This document shows, one piece after another, positions 8,577-16,250 of a DNA stretch of 20,000 nucleotides. A program made the position numbers and the translations under genes. The notes beneath the pieces are model-generated. The model was not told the origin of the DNA and did no database searches. It saw only the letters and a list, made by a program, of their open reading frames with translations. Each line of letters starts with the position of its first letter. The first letter of the stretch is position 1. Source of the stretch: an uncultured virus (IMG/VR IMGVR_UViG_3300026198_000079) (lineage: Duplodnaviria > Heunggongvirae > Uroviricota > Caudoviricetes); the IMG/VR virus record IMGVR_UViG_3300026198_000079. One strand, written 5' to 3'.

Positions 8577-8769
8577 GAAACTGTGGAAGCTACTGATTGA
8601 CAAAGATATGAAGAAGACGGATTTGCGAAAAGCGGCGGGCATCAGTTCATCTTCTCTTGCGAAACTCGGCAAGGATGAGAATGTCACTACGGATGTACTG
8701 CTTCGCATCTGCAAAGCACTCGACTGTGAGCTTGATGACATCGTGGAGATTGAACGAACAGAGGAATAG
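8560..8769 (+). CDS. XRE/Cro-C1 family HTH transcriptional regulator (69 aa)
   Basis: MKMSYKKLWKLLIDKDMKKTDLRKAAGISSSSLAKLGKDENVTTDVLLRICKALDC; RBS GAGGT; overlaps the ATPase stop. Confidence 0.88.
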   Translation: MKMSYKKLWKLLIDKDMKKTDLRKAAGISSSSLAKLGKDENVTTDVLLRICKALDCELDDIVEIERTEE

Positions 8770-8905
8770 GCGGAGAGACCGATTATATTCTGACCATACT
8801 GCTTTGGTGTTCAGTGGATATCTGTCGCAGTCGAGGTTGAGGATAAAGAATAATATTATCGAATAATAACCGCTAACGACCATTCATTAAGATGAAGGGA
8901 TGAAC

Positions 8906-9252
8906 TGAACGACCCTCGCCTAAAGGCGAGGGGTTCACTTAAGCGACTGAAAGTCGCCCACCAGCTAAAGCAGGTATATAGTGGTTACTCTTCATCAATC
9001 GTGAAATTATCTACAGGGTGTTCTTCATTGTGATGTTTTATATAATGCTTTATTGTTTCTTCATCGACCGCACCAACTGTTGCGCAAAAATATCCTCGTG
9101 CCCACATATGCTGTCCCCAGTAGCGTTTTTTCAATTCCGGGAACTCGCTTTGTAAATCGTGTGATGTTTTCCCTTTTAGCTTCTGCATTATATAGCTTGG
9201 TGATAGATTGGGCGGACATGATAGTATCAAGTGTATATGATCTTTTCCTATG
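8906..9252 (-). mobile_element. Truncated IS200/IS605-family element (right end plus 3' half of tnpA)
   Basis: Subterminal hairpins CCCTCGCC-TAAA-GGCGAGGG (8913-8932) and GCGACT-GAA-AGTCGC (8943-8957) downstream of tnpA. Confidence 0.8.
8985..9252 (-). pseudogene. tnpA: IS200-type HUH (Y1) transposase TnpA, 5'-truncated
   Basis: IGKDHIHLILSCPP (HUH), KLKGKTS, YWGQHMWARGYFCATVG and IKHYI (catalytic Tyr). Resemblance to TnpA ends upstream of IGKD. Confidence 0.85.
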
Positions 9253-9377
9253 AGAAGGTTTCCGCCATATTCCCTGACTCTCCCTATTTCTTTCCGAGAT
9301 ACGATGGCAACGGGCCATATACCAAGCTGTGGACAGAGGAAATGTTCTGGAAATGCTTTGAAATGGTCGGAGTGTAA
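9249..9377 (+). pseudogene. Short internal fragment resembling a tyrosine recombinase
   Basis: YEKVSAIFPDSPYFFPRYDGNGPYTKLWTEEMFWKCFEMVGV* resembles the YFFP...F...GI segment preceding the HxLRH box. No start codon and no catalytic box. Confidence 0.45.
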
Positions 9378-9457
9378 TTATAGGATCTGACGTAACCCAG
9401 TAATACCAATGGTTTGCAGACCGTCAACAAGAGATTTTATCCAACAAACAGAAAATG

Positions 9458-9501
9458 AAAGGGACACCGCTCAATTTTTCTTGGGTAGCGTCCCTTTTTT
9501 T
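9458..9501 (+). terminator. Intrinsic terminator-like hairpin at the ICE left end
   Basis: AAAGGGAC...GTCCCTTT followed by a T-tract. Confidence 0.5.
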
Positions 9502-9591
9502 ATAAATGAAAGCAAGCACCGCCCGAGGGGACTATGGGCGGTACTTCTATATAAAACCCAACACCGAAAGGAGGAGTTCATCTCCACCGTT

Positions 9592-9618
9592 GCCAGCCAT
9601 TTTCAGGCTGGCTTTTTT
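9592..9618 (+). terminator. Terminator/attenuator-like hairpin just upstream of parB
   Basis: GCCAGCC-ATTTTCA-GGCTGGC-TTTTTT, ending 28 nt before the ATG. Confidence 0.5.
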
Positions 9619-9646
9619 CATACCACGACAAGGAGGTATTTAGTGA

Positions 9647-11032
9647 ATGGCAGAAGATAAGAAACAGTCGCCCGTCCCGGAGGCGCATACCACGCCCGAG
9701 GCCCCGGCTCCTAAAACGCCGGGCGGCCCCGCCGTGGAGGAACAGGCCACGATCCCCGGCATGGAGAGCGGCCCCGCTCCCTCTGGTAAGGTGATCGACC
9801 TGTCCGATGTGCGGGCCGCTGGTGCGGACAAGGCCAAGGCCGCCGAGCCTGATAAAGTGGAGCCGCCCGCCTCGAAAGCAGACAAACAGCCCGACAAGCC
9901 CGCGCCCGCCGCTGATGCCAGGGCTGGTAAGGAAATGCCCAAACAGGCCCGCCCGCCTAAAGCGGATAAAGCCCCGTCAGCCGATAAGGGGGCCAAGAAA
10001 GCGGAGCAGGCTGACAAGCCCCGCCGTGGCCGTCCTCCCAAGGATCAGGCTACCCCGGAGAAAAAGGGTAAGGCGGCCCCGGCCAAGGCTCCCGCAGAAG
10101 CGGCAAAAGCCGATCCCCCGGCCCCGGAGGTTCCTCCCGCTCCCCGCGACGCTACCCGCGCCGTCAAGGAGGAAATCGTATATATTAACCTTTCCGAGCT
10201 GCATCCGTTCAAGGAACATCCCTTTGGTGTCCGGGACGATGCGGAAATGCAGGGCCTTGTGGAGTCCGTCCGTTCTGGCGGTGTGCACCAGCCTGCGCTG
10301 GTGCGTCCTCTCGAAGATGGCGGCTATGAGATTATTGCGGGCCACCGCCGCCAGCGGGCCAGCGAATTGGCCGGATTTATGAATATGCCCTGTATCGTCC
10401 GCAACATGACGGACGATGAAGCCATCCTCGCTATGACGGATGACAACCTCCGCCACCGCGAAACGATTTTGCCCAGCGAAAAGGCCCTTGCCCTGAAAAA
10501 GCAGTATGAGGCGATCAAGCATCAGGGATCGCGTGGGGATGATGCGGCGGCGGGTAAGCTCTCGCTGGAAAGCGTGGGCCAGCGCAACGGCATGAGCGTG
10601 AAAACCGTTCAGCGGTATATTTGGCTCAATGACCTTGTTCCCGAGTTGAAGCAGACCATGGATGCGGGAAAGCTGTCCTTTACCCCCGCCGTGGAAATCT
10701 CCCGCATCCGTCCCACCCACCAGAAGTATATCGCCGTTTCCATTGAGGGCCAGCAGTCCTCGCCCTCCAAGGGACAGGCAAACAGGCTCCGGGAGCTGGA
10801 TAAGGACAACAAGCTGACCCCGGATGTCATTGATGGCATTTTGAGTGAAGAAAAGAAAAAGGAGGATCGTGACGTGATTATTACCGGCTCTGAATTGGAA
10901 AAGTTCTTCGGCAAGGAGGCCACGCCCCGCCAGATGAAGGATCAGATCATGACCCTGCTGGCCGACTGGAAAGAGAAGCAGCCGCCCGAGCTTGCCAAGC
11001 CCGACAAGAAAAAAACGGATAAGGAGAAGTAA
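9647..11032 (+). CDS. parB: ParB/RepB/Spo0J family protein with a long Pro/Ala/Lys-rich N-terminal extension
   Basis: RBS AGGAGGT; LHPFKEHPF, GVHQPALVRP, YEIIAGHRRQRA (arginine patch), DDNLRHRE, HTH MSVKTVQRYI. Confidence 0.9.
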   Translation: MAEDKKQSPVPEAHTTPEAPAPKTPGGPAVEEQATIPGMESGPAPSGKVIDLSDVRAAGADKAKAAEPDKVEPPASKADKQPDKPAPAADARAGKEMPKQARPPKADKAPSADKGAKKAEQADKPRRGRPPKDQATPEKKGKAAPAKAPAEAAKADPPAPEVPPAPRDATRAVKEEIVYINLSELHPFKEHPFGVRDDAEMQGLVESVRSGGVHQPALVRPLEDGGYEIIAGHRRQRASELAGFMNMPCIVRNMTDDEAILAMTDDNLRHRETILPSEKALALKKQYEAIKHQGSRGDDAAAGKLSLESVGQRNGMSVKTVQRYIWLNDLVPELKQTMDAGKLSFTPAVEISRIRPTHQKYIAVSIEGQQSSPSKGQANRLRELDKDNKLTPDVIDGILSEEKKKEDRDVIITGSELEKFFGKEATPRQMKDQIMTLLADWKEKQPPELAKPDKKKTDKEK

Positions 11033-11035
11033 GCA

Positions 11036-11058
11036 CCTCTGGCCATCGTGACCAGAGG
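11036..11058 (-). repeat. Palindrome copy 1 (inverted relative to the others); also forms a terminator after parB
   Basis: CCTCTGGCCATCGTGACCAGAGG followed by TTTTTT. Confidence 0.85.
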
Positions 11059-11077
11059 TTTTTTCGTCCCCCAAAAC

Positions 11078-11184
11078 GGGGTGCCCCATGAAGTCGCAGA
11101 CTTCATGGGGAGAGGAGGCGCAACGGAGCGTGTGGATTTTGGGCGCTTGCGCCCAAAGGAACAAAGCGAAGTTTGTACCGACGA
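11078..11184 (+). repeat. Structured ~107-nt repeat, copy 1
   Basis: CCCCATGAAGTC-GCA-GACTTCATGGGG hairpin, then GAGGAG, inner hairpin TTTGGGCGC-TT-GCGCCCAAA, and terminal CGACGA. Confidence 0.85.
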
Positions 11185-11185
11185 A

Positions 11186-11344
11186 GGCTCCTGTGGTATA
11201 TATCCCCCGTCGCCGCCCATCACCGGGCGCAGCCGGGAGCTGGCCGTCAAGGGGGCGTAGCCCCGCCAAGGGCGGCTTGCCCTTTACGGTCTGCCCCGGC
11301 TGTGCCATATTCAGCGGCGCGGCGGGGGTATATCCTCCAGAGCC
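11186..11344 (+). promoter_or_regulatory. Long imperfect hairpin containing -35/-10 boxes (Frpo/ssi-like single-strand promoter candidate)
   Basis: GGCTC/GAGCC, CCCCCG/CGGGGG, GCAGCCGGG/CCCGGCTGT, CCGTCAAGGG/CCCTTTACGG. TTTACG (11283) - 17 bp - CATATT (11306). Confidence 0.5.
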
Positions 11345-11430
11345 GCCCCCTTTTCCAAGACTGGAAAAGGGCGGGGGAAAAAGGTTGAACCGTCCCCTGT
11401 AAAACTAACTTTGAAATGGAGGTATTCCTT

Positions 11431-11772
11431 ATGAAAAGGCCCCTTGCCTATATCACCGCCGCATGGTGCGGCGATCCCCATGAAATGACCGAACAGGCGG
11501 CCAAGTATTGCCGAGCCGTCTATGACGCGGGCTTTTCCCCGATTTGCCCCACGCTCTATCTGCCCCTGTTCCTCAACGATGCGGTTCCCGAGGAACACAA
11601 AAGCGGCATCGATATGGGCCGCAATCTGCTCCGCCGTTCTCATGTGCTGGTGGTGTGCGGTCATACCGTCACCGAGTCCATGAAGAATGACATTGCCGTG
11701 GCCCAGCGGCTGGGTATCACTTCGACCACGCTGGAGGGCATCCTGACCGTCAAGCGTCAGGGCCACCGCTGA
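11431..11772 (+). CDS. DUF4406-like protein (nucleoside 2-deoxyribosyltransferase-like fold)
   Basis: RBS GGAGGT; MKRPLAYITAAW, YCRAVYDAGFSPICP, LLRRSHVLVVCG, ESMKNDIAVA. Confidence 0.65.
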   Translation: MKRPLAYITAAWCGDPHEMTEQAAKYCRAVYDAGFSPICPTLYLPLFLNDAVPEEHKSGIDMGRNLLRRSHVLVVCGHTVTESMKNDIAVAQRLGITSTTLEGILTVKRQGHR

Positions 11773-12488
11773 TGTCAGCCCTGATTGAAGCCTATGTTAC
11801 CAACCTCGGGAAATACGCCGAGTATGGCGTGGAGGCTGGAGAAACCCTAAAGTTTCCCGCCACCACCGAGGAGGTACAGGCACTTTTGAAGCGGATCGGC
11901 GTGGATGGTGTGCGGTATGAAGAAATCTTCATTACCGCGTTTGACGGCGATGTGCTGGGCATCTGCGACTGTTTGGGTGAGTACGAAAGCATTGACGAAC
12001 TGAACTATTTGGCCCATCTGCTCTCCGAGTTGGACACCTCTGAGCTTGAAAAGTTCGAGGCCGTCATTGACAGCGGCGAGTACACAGGGAGCGTCAAAGA
12101 CTTAATCAACCTGACGCAAAATCTGGATTGCTTTGAGTTTTACCCCGATATTGACGATGACGAGGCGCTGGGGCGAATGTACGTCCAGGACTTCGGCTCC
12201 ATTCAGATCCCAGAGCATCTCATTGACTATATCGACTATGAGGCATACGGGCGGGATATGCGGATCAACGAGGACGGCCACTACGCCCCCGGCGGCTATG
12301 TGTTCAATAACAACAGCAGTTTTATTGAGCACTACTCCGGCAGGGATGACATTCCTCCGGAGCACCGCATTTTCGCCTATCCCAAACTGAATATCCGGGA
12401 GCAAATGGCAGCCTATCAGGAAATCATTGACCGCTCCGCGCTGAACGAGGACAAGCAGCGGCTCCCCATCAGCCGAGAGGACAGATAG
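11772..12488 (+). CDS. ardA: Antirestriction protein ArdA (DNA mimic)
   Basis: Highly acidic; AYVTNLGKY, GEYESIDELN, IPEHLIDYIDYEAYGRD. Confidence 0.9.
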   Translation: MSALIEAYVTNLGKYAEYGVEAGETLKFPATTEEVQALLKRIGVDGVRYEEIFITAFDGDVLGICDCLGEYESIDELNYLAHLLSELDTSELEKFEAVIDSGEYTGSVKDLINLTQNLDCFEFYPDIDDDEALGRMYVQDFGSIQIPEHLIDYIDYEAYGRDMRINEDGHYAPGGYVFNNNSSFIEHYSGRDDIPPEHRIFAYPKLNIREQMAAYQEIIDRSALNEDKQRLPISREDR

Positions 12489-12493
12489 CGCCG

Positions 12494-12516
12494 CCTCTGG
12501 TCACGGTGGCCAGAGG
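12494..12516 (+). repeat. Palindrome copy 2
   Basis: CCTCTGGTCACGGTGGCCAGAGG just after the ardA stop; stem extended by GCCG/CGGC. Confidence 0.9.
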
Positions 12517-12524
12517 CGGCAAAT

Positions 12525-12631
12525 GGGGTTCCCCGCAAAGTCGCAGATTTTGTGGGGAGAGGAGCCACAACGTAGTGTGCGGATTTTGGCCGCCTGCGGC
12601 CAAAGGAGCAAAGCGCAGTTTGTGGCGACGA
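12525..12631 (+). repeat. Structured ~107-nt repeat, copy 2
   Basis: CCCCGCAAAGTC-GCA-GATTTTGTGGGG, GAGGAG, TTTGGCCGC-CT-GCGGCCAAA, CGACGA; abuts the pcfB RBS. Confidence 0.85.
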
Positions 12632-12646
12632 GAGGAGGTGGTTTAG

Positions 12647-13120
12647 ATCGTAGGTGACGAAGTTTCCCGTCAGACCATTGCCGTCAGCGTTCAGGCATCC
12701 AAGCTGACGGCCCGGAGCCTTGCCTATGCGCTGGCCGCCGTGGGCCGCCAGATTGCCAAGGAGCACCGCAAGGCCCAAGCTCCCCACGGCAAGCAGAGCG
12801 TAAAAAAGCTCATGGGCCACGGCGGGTCCACAAGCAGTATCGAACTGTCCGGGGCTACCCGGCACTTTGACCGGGTGGCCCGGAAGTGGGGGGTTGACTA
12901 TGCCTTTCGCCGGGTGGACAAGGGCAAATATCTGTTACTGTTCAAGGCAAATCAGGCCGACGCCATCACGGGCTGTTTTGCTGAGTATTCCCGCAAGGAA
13001 CTGAACCGGGCCAAGTCCTGGCGCACCCCGATCCGTGAACAACTCAACCGGGCCGAGGAACAGGCGCGGAAACAGCCCCAGCGGGAGCTGGAAAAGGAGG
13101 CGGTGCATGGGGACAGATAA
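12647..13120 (+). CDS. PcfB-family (DUF3801) protein, probable ATC start
   Basis: RBS AGGAGGTG at 12633-12640. Frame reads IVGDEVSRQTIAVSVQASKLTARSL...HGKQSVKKL...FDRVARKWGVDYA...YLLLFKANQADAIT. Confidence 0.8.
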   Translation: MVGDEVSRQTIAVSVQASKLTARSLAYALAAVGRQIAKEHRKAQAPHGKQSVKKLMGHGGSTSSIELSGATRHFDRVARKWGVDYAFRRVDKGKYLLLFKANQADAITGCFAEYSRKELNRAKSWRTPIREQLNRAEEQARKQPQRELEKEAVHGDR

Positions 13121-14945
13121 GCTCCGCAAATATGTACTTCCCAATATCCCGTATCTGTTCATCGGCTGGGCCTACCTGAAAGTGGGGACGGCCTACCGTC
13201 TGGCCGCTGGTGCGGGCTTCGGCCAAAAACTGTTGGGGATCATGCAGACCATCGGCGTGGCCTTTGCGGATTTTGCACCGGGCCTGAACCCGGCAGACTG
13301 GCTGGTGGGTATCGTGGGGGCCGTGGGCTTTCGGCTCCTGATCTACTGCAAGGCGAAAAAGGCCAAGAAGTTCCGCCACGATGCGGAGTACGGCACAGCC
13401 CGCTGGGGGACGGAAAAGGACATCAAGCCCTTTATTGATCCCAAGTTTGAAAATAATATCATTCTGACCGCCACGGAGCGGCTGACTATGAACACTCGCC
13501 CGGCCAACCCCGCAAACGCCCGAAATCTGAACACCTGCATTATCGGGTCGAGCGGATCTGGAAAAACCCGCTTCTGGCTTACTCCCCAGCTACTGTCCGC
13601 TCATTCCTCCTACGTCTGCGTAGATCCCAAGGGCGGCGTCCTCTCCCAAGTGGGCTATTTCCTGCAAAAGAAGCGGGGGTACAAAATCAAGGTGTTCAAC
13701 AGCATCGACTTTTCCAAGTCCATGCACTATAACCCGCTGGCGTACATCAAAAACGAGGCCGACATTTTGAAGTTCGTGGACACCCTGATCGCCAACACCA
13801 AGGGCGAGGGCAAGGAGGGTGATCCATTTTGGACGAAAGCAGAAACGCTTTTATACTGCGCTCTCATTGCCTACATCATTTTTGAAGGCCCCGCCGAGGA
13901 TCGGAATATGAACACGCTGGTTGATATGATCTCCGGGATGGATGTCAAAGAGGACGATGAAAACTACAAAAACGCCGTGGACTATATGTTCGATGGTCTT
14001 GCCAAGCGCAAGCCGGATTGTTTCGCCGTCAAGCAGTACCGCAAGTACAAATTAAGCAGCGGCAAAACGGCCAAGTCGATCCTGATAAGCTGCGGCGCAC
14101 GTCTGGCCCCCTTTGACATCCCCCAGCTCCGGGAGATTATGAGCTATGACGAGCTGGAGCTTGACCGCATGGGCGATAAACGGACGGCAACCTTTTTCGT
14201 GATCTCCGACACCACGCAGACCTATAACTTCATCGTTGCGCTGGCCTTTTCGCAGATGTTCAATCTTCTTTGTGAACGTGCCGACAACGTACACGGCGGG
14301 CGTTTGCCCCATCATGTGCGGGTGCTTTGGGATGAGGCCGCCAATACGGGACAAGTCCCACAACTGGAGAAGTTAGTAGCCGTCATCCGCTCACGCGAGA
14401 TCAGTCTGGCGCTTCTGTATCAGGCGCAGTCCCAATGCAAGGCCATTTACAAGGACAATGCCGAAACGATCTTCGGCAATATGGACACCATGATTTTCCT
14501 TGGTGGCCGGGAAAGTACCACCATCAAGGAGATTTCCGAAAACTGGCTGGGCAAGGCCACGATCTCCATGCAGACCGAGGGCCGCTCCCGAGGGCAGTCG
14601 GAAAGTTTCAGCCAGAACACCCAGCGGCTGGGCCGGGAGCTGATGACCCCCAGCGAATTGGCTACCATGCCCGGAGATCGGTGCATTTTACAGCTTCGGG
14701 GCCTGCCGCCGTTCTACTCCAAGAAATACGATTTGAAACAGCACCCCAACTACAAGTACACCGCCGAGGCTGACAAGCGCAACGCCTTTGACCTGCAAAG
14801 TCTTGTCACCCGGCGCATGGACAAGCTCAACCCCAATGAGCAATACACCGTTTACGAGGTGGCCGTACCAGACGAGGCGCACATGGAAGAGGACGAGGAC
14901 ATCCTCAACTATGACGACCTCGACGACCCGGACACCTTTGTATAA
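13107..14945 (+). CDS. virD4: VirD4/TraG-like type IV coupling protein
   Basis: RBS AAGGAGG; N-terminal TM segments, YGTARWG, Walker A GSSGSGKT, DPKG, WDEAAN, IRSREIS, GRELMTPSEL. Confidence 0.93.
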   Translation: MGTDKLRKYVLPNIPYLFIGWAYLKVGTAYRLAAGAGFGQKLLGIMQTIGVAFADFAPGLNPADWLVGIVGAVGFRLLIYCKAKKAKKFRHDAEYGTARWGTEKDIKPFIDPKFENNIILTATERLTMNTRPANPANARNLNTCIIGSSGSGKTRFWLTPQLLSAHSSYVCVDPKGGVLSQVGYFLQKKRGYKIKVFNSIDFSKSMHYNPLAYIKNEADILKFVDTLIANTKGEGKEGDPFWTKAETLLYCALIAYIIFEGPAEDRNMNTLVDMISGMDVKEDDENYKNAVDYMFDGLAKRKPDCFAVKQYRKYKLSSGKTAKSILISCGARLAPFDIPQLREIMSYDELELDRMGDKRTATFFVISDTTQTYNFIVALAFSQMFNLLCERADNVHGGRLPHHVRVLWDEAANTGQVPQLEKLVAVIRSREISLALLYQAQSQCKAIYKDNAETIFGNMDTMIFLGGRESTTIKEISENWLGKATISMQTEGRSRGQSESFSQNTQRLGRELMTPSELATMPGDRCILQLRGLPPFYSKKYDLKQHPNYKYTAEADKRNAFDLQSLVTRRMDKLNPNEQYTVYEVAVPDEAHMEEDEDILNYDDLDDPDTFV

Positions 14946-14968
14946 CCTCTGGTCATGGTGGCCAGAGG
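14946..14968 (+). repeat. Palindrome copy 3
   Basis: CCTCTGGTCATGGTGGCCAGAGG directly after the virD4 stop. Confidence 0.9.
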
Positions 14969-15001
14969 ATGACGCGCCGCCCTTATGGGCGGCTATTATT
15001 A

Positions 15002-15106
15002 TGGGTTCCCGCAAAATCAAAGATTTTGTGGGAAGAGGAGCCGCAACGGAATGAGTGATTTTTCGCGCTTGCGCGGAAATGAACGATATGAAGTTTGCGG
15101 CGACGA
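15002..15106 (+). repeat. Structured ~105-nt repeat, copy 3
   Basis: TTCCCGCAAAATC-AAA-GATTTTGTGGGAA, GAGGAG, TTTTCGCGC-TT-GCGCGGAAA, CGACGA. Confidence 0.8.
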
Positions 15107-15141
15107 GGCCGGGGTATGGCCCCGGAGAAATGGAGGCATAT

Positions 15142-15354
15142 ATGGCTTTTTTCACTTCCGCTGTTACTACCTTGCAGACCCTCGTTGTGGCTCTGGGCGC
15201 TGGCCTTGCTGTGTGGGGCGTAGTCAATCTGCTGGAGGGCTACGGCTCCGATAACGCAGCGGCCAAGAGCCAGGGCATCAAGCAGCTCATGGCGGGTGGC
15301 GGCATCATCGTGCTGGGTACTACCCTGATCCCCCTGCTGTCTACCCTGTTTTAA
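15142..15354 (+). CDS. Maff2-family small membrane protein (VirB2/pilin-like position)
   Basis: MAFFTSAVTTLQTLVVALGAGLAVWGVVNLLEGYGSDN..KSQGIKQLMAGGG; RBS GGAGG. Confidence 0.88.
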   Translation: MAFFTSAVTTLQTLVVALGAGLAVWGVVNLLEGYGSDNAAAKSQGIKQLMAGGGIIVLGTTLIPLLSTLF

Positions 15355-15366
15355 GGGCAGCGGCCT

Positions 15367-16233
15367 ATGGGTATTCTCACCGAATGGATCACGGAATGGC
15401 TCAAAGAGCTGTTGATCTCGGGGATCATGGACAACCTCGAGGGGCTGTTTGACACGGTGAATACCCGGGTCGGGGAAATATCCGTACAGGTGGGAACGAC
15501 CCCGGCGGCATGGAACGCCGGGGTTTTCTCCCTGATACGGCAGCTTTCCGAAACGGTCATTTTGCCGATTGCCGGACTGATCCTAACCTTTGTCGCAACC
15601 TATGAGCTGATCCAGATGATCCTGGAAAAGAACAATATGCACGAGTTCGACGTGGCGAATATCTACAAGTGGGTATTCAAAACGACTTGTGCCATCCTCA
15701 TTCTCTCCAACACCTTTAATATTGTCATGGCGGTTTTTGACGTTTCCCAAAGCGTGATCGCAAGCTCGGCGGGAATTATCGGCGGCAGTACCGATGTCAC
15801 CCCGGATATGCTGGACACGCTGGAGGCCAGTCTGGAGGCGATGGAACTTGGCCCTCTGCTGGGGCTGTTCCTGCAATCCTTTGTCATTAAGCTGACCATG
15901 TTTGCCCTGAATATATTTATTTTCGTGATCGTGTATGGCCGTATGGTGGAGATCTATCTGCTGACCAGTCTGGCCCCGATCCCCGTGGCCACCCTCACCA
16001 ACCGGGAGGCCGGACAGATGGGCCAGAATTATCTCCGCTCCCTGTTTGCCGTGGGCTTTCAAGGTATGCTGATCCTTGTATGCGTGGCCATCTATGCGGT
16101 GCTCGTTCAGGGCATTGCCACAGGCGGTGATCCTATCGGGGCCATTTGGGGCTGTATCGGCTATACCGTCCTGCTGTGCTTTATCCTGATGAAAACCGGA
16201 ACAATCGCAAAAAGCGTATTCAACGCCCATTGA
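15367..16233 (+). CDS. VirB6/TrbL-like conjugal transfer membrane protein
   Basis: Multiple TM segments; YGRMVEIYLLTSLAPIP, NYLRSLFAVGFQG. Confidence 0.85.
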   Translation: MGILTEWITEWLKELLISGIMDNLEGLFDTVNTRVGEISVQVGTTPAAWNAGVFSLIRQLSETVILPIAGLILTFVATYELIQMILEKNNMHEFDVANIYKWVFKTTCAILILSNTFNIVMAVFDVSQSVIASSAGIIGGSTDVTPDMLDTLEASLEAMELGPLLGLFLQSFVIKLTMFALNIFIFVIVYGRMVEIYLLTSLAPIPVATLTNREAGQMGQNYLRSLFAVGFQGMLILVCVAIYAVLVQGIATGGDPIGAIWGCIGYTVLLCFILMKTGTIAKSVFNAH

Positions 16234-16250
16234 GAAAGGACAGGTGATCC

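Noticed and set aside
8906..9252. TnpB/omegaRNA (IS605-type RNA-guided) system
   Set aside because: The right-end hairpins follow tnpA directly; no tnpB or iscB ORF is present.
9977..11308. 443-aa minus-strand ORF
   Set aside because: GC-rich antisense shadow of parB that also crosses the repeat region.
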